Source: Somniosus microcephalus
Lineage: Eukaryota
Length of the DNA stretch: 64,000 nt
NCBI GenBank assembly: GCA_052327205.1
Contig: CM126207.1
Coordinates: 207,948,001 to 208,012,000 of the forward strand
Direction of reading: 5' to 3'
The translations under genes and the position numbers were made by a program. A model generated the notes under the pieces. It ran no database searches and was not told the DNA's origin. It saw only the letters and a list, made by a program, of their open reading frames with translations. Position 1 is the stretch's first letter. Every line of letters starts with the position of its first letter. Shown in pieces: positions 36,352 through 49,550 of the stretch.

Positions 36352-36760
36352 ATGAAATTTACGTATAGTGTCTTACTACATCCTTTGAACATCCCAAAGT
36401 GCTTTCTAACCATTAGATTACTTTTGAAGTACAGTCACTGCTATGTAGGTAAATGTAGCAGCCAATTTGTACACACAGGTTTCACAAACCGCAAGTGACG
36501 AATGACCAGATCATTTCTCTCTTTTTGGTTGTGTTGACATGGAGAGGAATGTTGGTCAGAACACCAGGAGAACCCCAACTCTTCAATAAGTGCTACAAGA
36601 GCTGCGCTGGCTTCTGTTTAAGGTCTCATCTGAAAGACAGCACATCCAACTGCACTGAAGTGTTAGCCTAGATGATGTGCTCAAGTCCATAATGGGACTT
36701 GAACTCGACAAGCTCTGACTCCGAAGTAAGAGTACTACCAACTGAACCAAGCCGACACTG
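36352..36760 (-). mobile_element. Deu-domain SINE copy
   Basis: Reverse-complement similarity to 10152-10582. Confidence 0.65.
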
Positions 36761-37655
36761 AAGGGGCAAAATGCGGTCAGTTCCTTTTAAGTGAATACAT
36801 TGGTGGGAAATCTGGGAAAATTCATGGTACCAAATTTGGGAGAACAATTTTTTTGTACAGTCAGTCATAACGCAAGACCTTGTGAACAATAAACAATGTC
36901 AAACTTCTTTTGAATTTTGATCAGTTGAAATAATAGAAGAAATGCAACAGATTTCTGCTTTCTGTTCTGGCTATATTTCTCAACATTCTGTTATCTTTTT
37001 TAAATTGTTCTGCTACATTATCTGGGCATTGAAAGTGCTGTGTCTTGCTATTACTCTGATTATTTTTTAAGCCTCCCTGTGTTGATCCAAATCCACTCCA
37101 CTTATTTCATACTTGTGTCCCACATTTTTTTCCAACCTGTTTCATAGGCAACCATTTGCTGTATTTAATTGAGAATCTGAGTTTATCTCTGCTATTTGTG
37201 GGACCTTGCTGTGCACCTTGCTTTTGCATTTGCCGAAGTGACATTGACTATACTTCAAAATAATTCATTTTCAGTGAAGTGCTTTGGGACATCCTGAGGA
37301 TGTGAAAGATGCTGTAATTAGTGTGTTCTTTTCCTTTTCAGTAAAATATAGTTCTAATTTTCTCGCAGTTTCTTTGTTTTTCTAAAACTATAGGCATTGG
37401 AGTTGTGCTTTCAGATGTTCGTGTACAGATGTACAATGCATTTGTGTGACATTCCTTTGTTTGCTATGTTAATGGTAGTAATTCAAACAGATTCAATGTG
37501 TATTAAAACAGTGGACAGCTTTTGTACACGACTATCTGACAGTCATTTGAAGACCTTTTTAATTTGGGAAATTCAGAGCAATAGCTAGAAAATTTACTAA
37601 AAACAAACTCTTAAATCGGTCCCTTGATTTTTTTTTGGTGTTTTTTTCCCTTCAG

Positions 37656-37802
37656 GTGTCCAGACACAAGGGGGTAGCAGGGAGCACCGGTCTGAGCATG
37701 GAGGATCAGAGTCAGTAGCTGTCACTCAGCATTCTGAAAGAACCAAACCAGATAAAGGAAAAGAAACAGAAAATGATGGTGAATATCAAGCTGGTTATGA
37801 AG
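37656..37802 (+). CDS. CENPT: CENP-T coding exon 11 (VQTQGG…GGSESVAVTQHSE…)
   Basis: Strong polypyrimidine acceptor, G|GTGAG donor, 147 nt, phase 1->1. Confidence 0.82.
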
Positions 37803-39136
37803 GTGAGAGTGGAGACTTGAGATGAAAACAGCAAAATCCTAACACGATAGTTTTTTTTAATTGAATCTAAGCAAAAACTGATGTGCCAAAATAAACAATG
37901 TTATAGTTTTTCAGTTTTATTACCCGTGGCTGGTGCTGTACTGCACTGTTTAAGTCCTGCTTGAAGAAGGAGAGTAACAGATGATTTAAAGCTCCTCCAA
38001 ATACAGTGTAGATTTTGACATGTATTTTATTTGTTTGCTTTGTCATTCACCTTGGACACTGACCCAAAACTCAATGACTTGTTTGCATGGTGGGCTGAGA
38101 GCCCAGCCTAGCCAGCTCCTTTTTGGCAGAACAAGACAAAACAGTTTATTAGGAGACAGCAACATGTTACCAGACTGCACGCTGCATATAGCAGAACAAA
38201 GCTGAATTCAAGTACAATAAAGAAATCTACTGGGGAAGCTTCCTTGATGGCTTAGAATCGAGGAAGCCTCTTGATTCTCCCAACTCAGAGGGAGAAATCC
38301 TGCCTTTAACCCGTGATCTTTGTCAAATGAGATTCAGATCAGCTGTAACTGTGATGTTCTCCATACTCAATAGCCTACCAACATTCACTGTTGAAAATTA
38401 CAAATGGATGCTTGGGCAAGGTACCAAAAAGCACCTAATGCCAGTAGAGCTGCACTTGAGAAAGGAATTGACAACAGGAACGGAGGAGGGAAAATTGATG
38501 AGAAAAATATTTTTAAAATACCTGAGCGTTTAGTCCACAAAATGGCTTCATATTTTCTCCTGGGATCTATAGCTCCCAGGCCTTCATGACTTTTCATCAG
38601 CATGGGCTCCATGATTGCTCTTTGTGAACAAAGCACTTAGTCTTTGTCTCATTTAATGCCCTTGTGTTTGAAATACTTGTTGGCCATTTTGAAAGTCTTT
38701 GTTTCTTTCAAACGCAACATTTACTTCACATAGTATTGTGGAGTCATACATATCTTACATTCTTAGATTTTCTAAATTATCAAGACCATTATAGTTGGGT
38801 AACCAACATGTGTCTTTGATCTGAGCTGGGCTGTGTGATGGAAACCCTACGCAAGGGACTCTTGCACAAGGAGAAAGTACATATGTTCCAGTTACCAGTG
38901 ACCGTGATATTGGCATCGTCTGTGCTCTCAGCAAATGACCTAGGGATGATTTTTTTTTTTTAAAGGAGGTAATCAAAGGAATTATTTACTTGTTTCAAAA
39001 CCTCAAAATCCATTCACGGGCAATTCAGTTTCAGCATCGATCTGATAATTTATTATGACGGTATCTGAATGGAGTGCCGATGCCCTTGGTGGAGTTCAAA
39101 GGAATTCATTGTAATGACGGTCTTCTTCATCTGCAG

Positions 39137-39535
39137 AATTGGAGATGCCCAAGGATACTGAACAGAACTTATCAACGCAAGGGGGACAGGAGTCAGCCGC
39201 AGCACAGCACTCTGAAGGAGTGGACGTTGATGAAGGAATGTTAGTTGATGAAATGGGTGGTAAAAGAGTGGAAGGTGATGAAGTGGATGATCGAGTGTTT
39301 GTTGATGAAGTGAGTGAAGCAGGAGTGGAAGATGATGAAGTTGATGATGGAAGAATGGAAGATGATGAAAGAATGGAAGGTATTGAAGTGGATGATGAAG
39401 GAACAGAAAGTGATGAAGTGGATGATGAAAGAGTGGAAGCTGATGGAGTAGAAGATGAAGTAGTAGAACCCGATGAAGTGGACGAAACAGAAGAGTTGAT
39501 AGATGACAGTGAATATGAGGAAGATGACAGTAAAG
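39137..39535 (+). CDS. CENPT: CENP-T coding exon 12 (acidic D/E/V repeat)
   Basis: 399 nt, phase 1->1; repeated DEVDD units. Confidence 0.85.
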
Positions 39536-39778
39536 GTAAAAGTCAAAGATGCAGATAGTTGCTAAAATCGTGATGCAATCTTGACTGAATCTGAGAAAAT
39601 TGTGTAATACTAGTGAATGCTTTAAAGTCTTTGTTTTTGAATGTCTTCAGCTAATATATAAAATTGATTATTTAAATCATTAATGAGTGTAAAAGATTAT
39701 TTGTGTAATCTAATCCATACTTTTTTCTTCCTTTCTGAATATATAAATGTGATCTGGAAACCTGCATTGTTATAAAAG

Positions 39779-39866
39779 TGAGACCAACTTTCCAGCAGAT
39801 TGGCAAAGTATTCAGATCCTCTCCATTACTGACCACACCACACTTTCTCAGGATACTGGGTAGAAA
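39779..39866 (+). CDS. CENPT: CENP-T coding exon 13 (VRPTFQ…SSPLLTTPHFLR…), 5' boundary uncertain
   Basis: Only candidate found that bridges phase 1->2; perfect AA|GTAAGT donor; atypical acceptor. Confidence 0.6.
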
Positions 39867-40588
39867 GTAAGTAACAAGTGCAATACTTCATCCAATATTT
39901 CATCCACATAAGACATCTAGATATTGCTAAGAAATGTTTCTAGCATGGAGCCATCTTTTAAATACAGGACTACGCAATTTATCTTCACAGCTTGGGAAAC
40001 AGCTCTGCTTATAGATAAATATATATTTCAAATAATTGTTAATTTAAATGTTCTTCATTAAACAATATTAATTCAGTTCAAAAACTACTGATGTTTTTAC
40101 TTAATGGGAGGTCCAGCGGGATTGGCTAACCAGTCTGTTTAGGTAGGGAGTGTTAATATGAATGGGTTTCCTCTGTATTGGGGTGGATGGAAGAGAAGAG
40201 GAATGGTCATTAGCAATTCAGTGCTGAACTCCCAACAGAAGCCCACAAGTCTGAGTCAAAAGGCCACCTATCACTCAGATTTGCTTGCTTTTGTTATTAG
40301 TTTTCACAGCCCTTATTGCACTGAAGCAGTGAGGAATTCCCTTCTTGGGAGTAGAGAACTGGCACAATACAGCTTGGCCTATCATAGCTCTTGACCATTA
40401 TAGTGGAGACAGCTGTGGCCCAGCCTGATCTTCTCACACACACATTCTCTCTCTTTTCCCCCCCCCCAACCCCATTTTTTTTTTATTTTTTTATAAAAGA
40501 GCAGAAATTGTGCTCAAACATGGAAAGAATAAATAAAAATTACTGAAAAAGCTAAGTGAGTTTGTAAGTTTAAGGTATTTCAAATTAG

Positions 40589-40687
40589 AAAGGTTAAAAA
40601 AATGAGTCTGTGGAGTCTGGAAATCTTATGGTGGATGAGAGTCAGCTGCAACCCAGAACTCCGAAGGAGCAGAAGTTGATGAAACGG
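40589..40687 (+). pseudogene. Dead duplicate of CENPT exon 11/12 (pseudo-exon)
   Basis: GG*ESAATQNSEGAEVDE versus exon 12 GGQESAAAQHSEGVDVDE; AG/GT ends; two in-frame TGA codons. Confidence 0.7.
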
Positions 40688-41963
40688 GTGGTTAAAAACT
40701 GTTAAATTCTAGCCTGGAACTTCTGTAGGTCATAATTATATTCGCTGGTTTTATGAATAAAATATCTCTACCCCTGCCCACATTTGAGTCCCTTCATCAT
40801 TTTTAAAACTTGGTTATGCTTTCTTCAATCTCCGACCTACCCCCGCCCCCCCCCCCCCCCCCCCCCCCACAACAAGAATACATTGACAGCTCCTCTGATA
40901 GCTTAGTTACTAAATGTAATATATAGTGTTGTATTGAGCCATGGAGAGCAGGAATATTCCAGGCTCAATCCCTGGTCTTTGCTGAATTGGCTGATCTCAA
41001 CCGGGATTGTGCCTGGGACACTACATTTGGCGTCAGTGCTACTGAAGACATGAGAAAAAAATCACCCAGGACTCCTGTTTCTAATGGAAATGCTACCTGG
41101 AGGGTAGAGGAGGTTCTCTTTTGAATGTGAGAAAAGGTACGTTGAGTCAAATTGTAAAAATATTAGATCCAGATGAAGCAGCTGGAGAACTGGTATTTCT
41201 TGCATACCACATCAGCTTGAGATAGTGGGGTTCATTAAGGCATTCCAGTAACATTCACACCTAATGTGTTGGAATGGTTTCATTCGTATGAGCCCAGTGG
41301 GAGGCTGCTGGTAGCTATTGGAGAAGCCCACAGCTATACTGACAGCTTAAGTGGCCACTCCTTGAACAGTGTCAAAAGTCAGGTCTTTCCGCCTAGCTAA
41401 GAAAAGAGATAGTATGTAGAAGCTCAGTTTTAAGACTGACACAGAAGGAGAAAACTCTCAAGTTTAATGCTGAATAGCTTCAGAAATTTTCTGGTCAGTA
41501 AAGTGAATTTAGTCCTCTAACAGGGATAGTCTGGTATGCTTTCTTATTTTCCATGTAACGAGGGGCATTATGGAAAAGATTAAAATTCACTAAACTTTAT
41601 TCTGTCTGTTCATGTCATGTGTAAAAGTAAACCAGCTTATTGGTTCACTAGAGTCTGACTTCTGGAAGATAGGAGAAATGCACGTGGGGTAACTTGAGAT
41701 TACATAATGAGGGGTTTCAGTGTTGGGAACCCCCGGGATAGCTATCCCTATGACTAAATATTGGGCAGTAAAAGTAAACTCCTGGACATGGTCTGCTTAC
41801 AAAAGTGACGAGTGACACTGAACCCAACTGAAAAATCTGGTGCAGATCTGAAACACACACTTTTGATTTTGAAATCTGGTTTCCAAGTACCAGATGGTTA
41901 TAAATCTGTTACAAAATAAAATCAATTGCTTGTACCAACAATAAATATATCCATTTTCAACAG

Positions 41964-42119
41964 GGCACAAAAACCACTTGCAAAGGTAAAGCAAAATCCG
42001 AAAAAGCCAACACAAACACGAAAGAAAGCAATTTTGCCAAGCAGCTTTGTAAAGTCTGTGTTTACTCACTATGCCAAAATGAGAGTGAAGAAGGAAGCAT
42101 TTACAGCAGTTGAACAATG
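41964..42119 (+). CDS. CENPT: CENP-T coding exon 14 (start of histone fold, LPSSFVKSVFTHYAKMRV)
   Basis: CENP-T histone-fold motif; phase 2->2. Confidence 0.93.
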
Positions 42120-42280
42120 GTAAGTGGCAGTTTCAGGATACGAAGTAATGCAAATCATTTTGTAATACAAATCTTTCAAACAATCCTAAAAACAAATTTT
42201 CATTACTGGGGTATAGGCAAATAAGATATTGCTTCTATATATGTCACGGATATTACAAATGCTACTGACCTCTCTTGCAG

Positions 42281-42385
42281 CTTGGAGTTGTATTTCAAAC
42301 AGCTTTGTGATGATGTGGATGTTTACAGCAAACATGCTAAAAGAAAGACCATTGAAAAAGAAGACTTGGAACTTCTAATGAAAAG
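42281..42385 (+). CDS. CENPT: CENP-T coding exon 15 (YFKQLCDDVDVYSKHAKRKTIEKEDLELLMKR)
   Basis: H4-like HAxRKT histone-fold signature; canonical splice sites. Confidence 0.95.
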
Positions 42386-43201
42386 GTAAGGGTTTGAATG
42401 CTGTCACAATAAACAGCAAGTCCACAAATCTTGGGATGTATGCTTTTAATCAGCAATTGGTTCCATTATTTTTCATTGGGTATGTTCTGGTCTTGGGGTT
42501 ATTAAGGATTCATTTAGAGAAGAGGTCATTTCATTGTTTGCAAAGTCAATTAATCTGCTGGGGTTAGCAACACCCATCCTTTTAAGAGGCAACGTCAAGA
42601 CTGTTAACTAACCGTTTTCTCCAAATTGGCAGTCTGACATCAGCAGCCCTAATACGTGAGTCAGCTTTTTGCCACAAGTAGAAAGCAATTTAAGAGATGA
42701 GACTGCATTTACAGCCATTGGCTGATATCTGTGGTTTCAGTCTTTGCATTGGGCAAATCATATCAATCATGCTTGATTTGTATGACATGCAGATCTCAAT
42801 AAATACGCAGCTGTTTGACAGTAAACTTGCTGTTCAGAATCTCTACGACTTTCAAATGTAACAGGGATGGTTTGTGGCCTTCTATCTATGCACGCTCACA
42901 TGTGCGCACAATATTCAAAGTACTTCATTGGCTGTAAAGCGCTTTGGGACGTCCTGAGGTCGTGAATGGCGCTATATAAATGCAAGTCTTTTTTATACAC
43001 GCGCGCAGTTGCATACACATTTTATAAAGTTATAACTCTATTGTGAACAGTAAATTCAAGAAATGTGTTCATTCTGTTAAACTAAGGTATTTTTGAAGTG
43101 GGTTGTGGAAGAAAGGCAGAATTCTAAACTGATCTGGTAGAATATAATTGAGATCCATATGTTGAATTTGTTGTTGAATTATTGTTTTTTCTGTTCCTTA
43201 G

Positions 43202-43325
43202 ACAGGGTTTTGTGACTGCCAAGACACCCTTGAACGTACTCATTGAACACCATCTACCTATGGAATGCAGAGAAAAACTAATTCCAATGGCTGTCAGTGG
43301 GAGTAAGATAATTCCTAAAAAATAA
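43202..43325 (+). CDS. CENPT: CENP-T last coding exon (QGFVTAKTPLNVLIEHHLPMECREKLIPMAVSGSKIIPKK*)
   Basis: Characteristic CENP-T C-terminus; TAA at 43323-43325. Confidence 0.95.
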
Positions 43326-43330
43326 CTAGC

Positions 43331-43361
<31 letters not shown>

Positions 43362-44971
43362 TGATGGTGTCTCATCAAATCTGTTGCTTTTAGTTGTCAA
43401 GTCAGAAATTACAATTCTACGTGAGCAAGTGGAAATGTTTCTCTTTGGTGAAGACAATGTACAGGTCTATAGCCATTTTATAGGCCTTACAGACTTTCAT
43501 GAGCTGTATGAATCGTAACATCTCTCCACTGAGGGAAAAAATGGTAGTGTAGCATCACATTTAATCCACGGATCCCATCGACTTTAAAACTGATTGTTTC
43601 CCAATCACCACCATTTATAATTTTATAATCTCCCCCTCCTAAATTATAAAAGAGGCCAATGTATATATATTTTTACTGGGTCATTTTTTATCTTAATGAT
43701 GTAAAAGCTCCAGGCTCAGATGGAAACCCTGCTAAGAGATTCCAACATTTTTTTTTAACATGTTCATCAAGATGATGGATGCCAGTACTTTTGGCACTAA
43801 CTGTCAACATTGAGTACTCCCAGGTTAGGTGTAGCGGAGCCATTTGCAGAGTAATCTTCCCTCTACTCAGCCCAATAACGTGTCTTAGCCCCAATTCCCT
43901 ACTCCACCAGTGTGAACGTTTCCTGTTCCCGCACCAGCTGCTCTGAGTGAGATTGCCAATTTTGTATAAAATTGTGCACAATTACATGGTGGGTCTGTGC
44001 TCACTAGGAAGCAGGTTAAGACTGACCAAAGAAGTTTCCAACAAAAAGAGAGCTAGATTCCGGTCTGGAGGTGAAAAGAAATAAGTACAGTATTTTACTC
44101 CAATTGTAGATCTTAAAGTAAAAGTAACTTACAGCACAAGCAATTTTTCTTGCCAAAGCTTTTTGCAATTTTGATCAGATTTTGTTTTGAATTAAAATGC
44201 TACTTTCTTAAAATAATAGATGACATGAAGGGTACTGTTGGGTACCTCATTTAAAAAAAATATCTCTTACACCTCTAGTCTTGGGTTTTGCATTCCTGAC
44301 TTGGAATGACTTCCATGACCAATGTTTGTGAGAACCCTGTACATACAGTGTTGTACATTTTATGTAAAATGTTGTATAAATATTTAAGGAAAGCCTGCAT
44401 CTAGTTTAGTAAAACTTTACCACAATTGAGATGACCCTTCTATTTGAGTAATTATTGAACTCCCATTACTCCTGTCCCAATAACTACTCAGATACCCTAG
44501 TAGTTCTCTTGTAACTTCAAGTAATTTAAATTACTTCATGTTGCAATGGTTTACTAAGTAAATAACAATGTTAATTTAACTTTTAAAGTGTAGAAATAGT
44601 GGGAAGTTATTAATCATGACTTTGTCATTCATGAATCATTAAGTTATCCCACTCCTGCAGATGTCTATTGTAATTCATTGACATGTCTATTGTATTTCAT
44701 GATTCTGAGTATGTATTCGAATAACCTGTATTTCTAATTAAACTGATAGTATTACTTGTTTCTGTTTGGCATGCTATGAAATGTTTCACAGTCTGTTTAT
44801 CAAGTGTGCAATGTTGGTAATTCTTTAGAATATACTATAAAGGCAACAACTTATTTGTATAGTTGAATCTCAAATTAACTTTCTTTGCATAAAGTTCCAT
44901 TGTCTGTTGTGGAACCCCTACAATTAGAGTAACTTACTTATTTCCTTTCACCTCCAGGACCTGTTACTTTC

Positions 44972-45720
44972 TATTCTCTTCTTAGGCGGAACCGAGGATG
45001 ACTTGCTTCCACATTAAAAATGAGTTTGCAAGTGACTGAGTCCAATGTGGGACCTACAGTCTCTGTCACAGGTGGGGCAGACAGTGGTTGAAGGGGCGGG
45101 TGGGTGGGGTGCTTGGGTTGACTTGCGCTGCCTGCGCTTGGATTCCGCTTGCTCCCGGCGGAGCGACTAGAGGTGTTCGGCACCTTCCCGGATGCTTCTC
45201 CACTTTGTGCGGTCTTGGGCCAGGGATTCCCAGGTGTCGGTGGGGATGTTACACTTTTTCAAGGAAGCTTTGAGGGTGTCCATGAAGTGTTTCCTCTGCC
45301 CACCTGGGGCTCTCTTGCCGTGCTGGAGCTCCAAGTAGAGCGCATGTTTTGGGAGTCTTGTATCGGGCATGCGGACAATGTGACCCGTCCATCGGAGCTG
45401 ATCGAGCATGGTCAGAGCTTCGATGCTGGGGATGTTGGCCTGAGCAAGAACACTGACGTTGGTGCGCCTATCCTGCCAATGGATTTGCAGGATCTTGTGG
45501 AGGCAGCGTTGGTGGTACCTCTCCAGTGCTTTGAGGTGCCTGCTGTACACGGTCCATGTCTCTGAGGCATACAGCAGGGTGGGTATCACTGCTGCTCTGT
45601 AGACCATGAGCTTAGTGCTGGGTTTGAGGTCCTGGTCTTCAAACACTCTCTTCCTCAGGTGACCGAAGGCTGCACTGGCACACTGAAGGCGGTGTTGGAC
45701 TTTCTATTCGATGTCGACGA
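44972..45720 (-). mobile_element. RTE-clade LINE 3' fragment
   Basis: TKLMVYRAAVIPTLLYASETW…LRWTGHIVRM…RLPK…GKRAPGGQRK. Confidence 0.9.
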
Positions 45721-45977
45721 CGTTCTATTAATACTTTATTAATCCCTACGAAGTTGCAATATAGCTGTTTCATCTTAATCTGTTCCAAACAAGGGACAGA
45801 ATTTCCTGTGGCCAGGTTTTTGTGCTCTGTCCACATGATGGGATTTTCCAAAGTGTTTTGTGTCACTTTTTTTTAGTTGGAGACAAACCTGAGACTCCCC
45901 CAATGGGTAAATGTACCATATGGTGTTCCTGAACCAGAATAGTCCCAGTTCAGTTTCTGGTCTGTGCTGAGTTAGCC

Positions 45978-46062
45978 TATCTCAGCCAGTGAGGATACGA
46001 GTTCCTGGACGAGGAAGTTAGCCAATCTCAGCCAGTGAGGATACGAGTTCCTGGACGAGGAA
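45978..46062. repeat. Local tandem duplication (about 47 bp x2) within a SINE-like sequence
   Basis: ATCTCAGCCAGTGAGGATACGAGTTCCTGGACGAGGAA occurs twice. Confidence 0.85.
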
Positions 46063-47150
46063 AGGGAACTTCAGCCTGAATGCTCTGATTACAAGCCAGT
46101 GACCCTTGCTGGAAAGGGCATGTCAGAGAAACCGGAGCAAGCTATGCATTTTTACTGCCACAGTTCAGCAGCCTGCTAATGCTCACCATTCACACTCGTG
46201 CATGCAGAATGGTCACCTAGATGAGTTAGCAGAGAGCTGCAATGCCCATGGAGCCATACCACATAATAAGTTACTGCCTTGAGATGGAAGAAAATGACAC
46301 AGTCACCTCGGCAGATAAATCTCTGCCAACAGTCAGATACTTTTTAATATCTGGGCTGCTCATTTTAATAACACTTGAGTTCACTACTGCAAGTAGGAAT
46401 TGCCATTTTCAAACTTTTGTATTGAAGATTAGGCTCGGCATATCTCCTCGGTTTCAGAGGCAATTTTTCTAAAATAGGTTTTATAATGTATGACAAGAAT
46501 TGAGTAGTGTCTAGTACTAAATTGAAAGGATGCTAATGTTAATTTTAGCACTATTTATATATTCATTTATAGAAAAGCTTATTTGGAGCTGTAAAAAGAA
46601 CAAAACAGTAGTCTCGTTTTAGCATTTATTTTCTGAATGCAAAAAAAGGAACAGCTCAGTTCAAAAACACTACAGCAGCAAGTAGCAACCAAATATGGCT
46701 CCTTAAATGTCCCACTATTGTTGCTCATTTGGATGTTAATTCATTTTATGTGGGAATTGAGCTACATTGAAAACATTAGGAAGAAATATACCTCAATCAG
46801 ATGATCTTGCATGGCCCAAGACATTTTTTGAAATTACATTAGAGAGACAATTGTGGAAAGAATTCTTAGTTTTATACCTAAAATGGACACTGTATGGGTA
46901 TTAAAGTTGCATTGATGTACTTCTATTTAAGCGCTGAATTATTACAGTATAACAGTTTGAATCTGTAGTAAAACAAATCTGTAATTATACCATCAACATG
47001 TGACTGATGTCTCGCACTTTCTCACAGCCAGTTTTCATGCTTGGAGCATCACTTAACTTCTGGCTTCCAATGGATGTCATTCAGAAACTGGCAGCAATCA
47101 CTATTTTAAACAGACTATGGATGTATTCAGTTACAGAAAACAAGAGTACT

Positions 47151-47156
47151 TTTATT
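47151..47156 (-). terminator. Candidate TSNAXIP1 polyadenylation signal
   Basis: AATAAA on the - strand about 140 nt after the stop. Confidence 0.45.
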
Positions 47157-47294
47157 TGGGTCCTTATGCTATTTCTACATTGAAAATCAACTGCATAATG
47201 TGATTTTTAAAACATCAGCATTAAGTAAGGTTGTACTCATCACAACTGTTTTTAAAAAAAAAAAAAGACAACTGAATTGGAATATCCATTTGTA

Positions 47295-47493
47295 CTACTT
47301 CCGTGGTCCACTTCTCTTTATATCACTTGCTTGTAGTCGGTCAAAAACAGTGTCGGTGTCCACAGCACTAGCCTGATCAAGCTGTTCTTTTGTTGTTTGG
47401 AAACCTTGAGCTAAATATGCGGTCAGGATTTGTGGATCCACAGAAGGGTCAATTTTAAGAAAAGCCTTTTTTAGGTCAGCTACAGTCAGCTCC
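47295..47493 (-). CDS. TSNAXIP1: TSNAXIP1 last coding exon (ELTVADLKKAFLKIDPSVD…RLQASDIKRSGPRK*)
   Basis: Resembles human IDPSLD…ERLQVIDIRRVGPR; TACAG acceptor, phase 2. Confidence 0.9.
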
Positions 47494-49443
47494 CTGTAGA
47501 TAAAGGACAGGTAAGAGAATAAAATCAGCATTTCTTTTAGTCATCTTCTGTGGATTGCAAAATAATCTGCTTTGTGGGTGTTTCAACAATTATGCACAAG
47601 CTTGACTGCAATGAGAGTGCTTTTAACTTATCCACATTCTCCCAGGACTATGTCCCCAGCAGGCTCAGTTGTAATTGACATTTAAATAAGGAGTGCCGAG
47701 AATACAAGAGGGAATACTGTACAAGGTTGAAGTTCTGAAGCTTGCCGGTGTCTGGGAGCAGAAATTTAAAGACTTAAGCGGACCTGAAGCTCTCTGGGTT
47801 ATCTTTATGGATGTTTATTTGATTCTCCTTTGGGGAGTCTAGCTCAGAATGTCATCAGCACTCCCTGTTTAAACAACACTTTTTTTGTAAATATGAAAGG
47901 ATCAAGTTTGCTATATGACTGTCCTTTAATCTCTGGAGTTCTGCTGACATTGATACAATGTTGAGTGCTGCACTTGTGGTTTATGAAGTCAGTAGAATCC
48001 CTTATTTGAATTCTAGTCCTGTAACTTCTGCTTATATTGGGAAATATATATTTTTGATTTTTTTTAAATGCTCACCGTATTAAGGTGTTCCGAGTGAGAA
48101 GGACCAACAAATAAAAAATATCTGACCTTGTAGCAACAGGTTGCAAAATTATTGCAGTTATCAACGTACTATGTCTCAAGACATTACAACTAAAGGTTTT
48201 TTCCCCAAAAACAAAACTATTACAATAATAGAAATATGTCTATTCCAGTAAAGATACAATTCATTCTCTATTCCCTGTATGGAAATTAATTTAACTAATT
48301 TCATAACTGTTGCATGTAGACGTTCTCTTGAACATTTCACACGATTAAAGTCCATCTTTTTTAAAAAGCCCTTCAAGAAACTTTGTTCACCTCATCAAAT
48401 TGAGTGAAATTAGAAACTTGGTTAAATGATCCACTGGAAATTGGTGTGCTTTCAATTTTCATAGTGAAGCCCCTGCTAAGTTGCTTTGTAGTGAACTGGA
48501 GCAAATTCTTGAAGATCCACATTGGTAAGTGGTCTGATGTCAAATTGTGAAGGAAATACTGTGGTATTTTTAAACTGCTAGCTGGTTTCTCCACACTGGT
48601 TTATATTCAATACGCAATGATTATTTTCTTCAGGACCATAATGTGATTACATTGTGCATCATTTTTGGTTACCAGCACACGGACTATACTGATCAGTGCT
48701 GTGAGACATCTGAGCTGCTTTGTTTTTCAACCGGGGCATTAGATAAGGTTTATACTGTACGTGGTTTGGGGGCAGCTGGCTTTATCCAGCACAGTATTCA
48801 TTTAATTTTTTGTTGCCTTTACATTAAAATATTAGACGATATCACCACTAAACCATCCTTTATCCAATTTGTGTACTAGCATGCTAAAGTTCCAAATGCA
48901 ATTGTATTTTATTTACTGCATATCCTTGTTTTCAATTATGTTTTAAGGAAAAATGAATTGTAGTTATAAAAATCTTAAATTGTGTCCTATAAAATTTTGC
49001 CTAACAAGAACTTAGTTTCAAATTTAAGCAGAAGTAAAATGACCTAATATCAGTATCTTTAATGAGTCCTATGTAATTAATATGATGGCCACAAAATATC
49101 TGTAGTCTGTTTCCCAGTAATCTGCTGTCCAAAAACCCAACAATATACTAGCAGTTCCATCAGGCCACACAATAGTCATGTGACCTGTGCCACATCTGCT
49201 AATAAGTGGAAAAGGAATATTATTTAAGAATCAAATATCCCACTATATTAAATACAACTGGCAATGAGTTTAAAGCAATAATAACTTGAGATTCATAACT
49301 ACTTGGCAGTCAAGCTTGATTTATGAAATCAGAACTGCTCAATTCAATTTGTGTAACTTATAGCCAATCATGTATAATGCCATATGCAATACAGATTTGA
49401 TCTTTCTGCTGGAACAAGATCCATAATAAAGTTTTACTCTTAC

Positions 49444-49550
49444 TCTTTCTCTGCCACTATATTTTTCAGTTCATTGATGTATTTGTTTTTCTCTGCTGCA
49501 TACTGGCTTTGCAGCAATGTGATAAAAGCTCCTACTTTGCCTTCTTCATT
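49444..49550 (-). CDS. TSNAXIP1: TSNAXIP1 exon (NEEGKVGAFITLLQSQY…)
   Basis: 107 nt, phase 0->2, canonical splice sites. Confidence 0.88.

Noticed and set aside
39241-39546. Hydrophobic F/I/H-rich ORF on the - strand
   Set aside because: Antisense translation of the acidic CENPT exon
41809-41919. Short open frame upstream of CENPT exon 14 with faint likeness to exon 13
   Set aside because: Bounded by stops, no convincing splice sites, and similarity too weak to support
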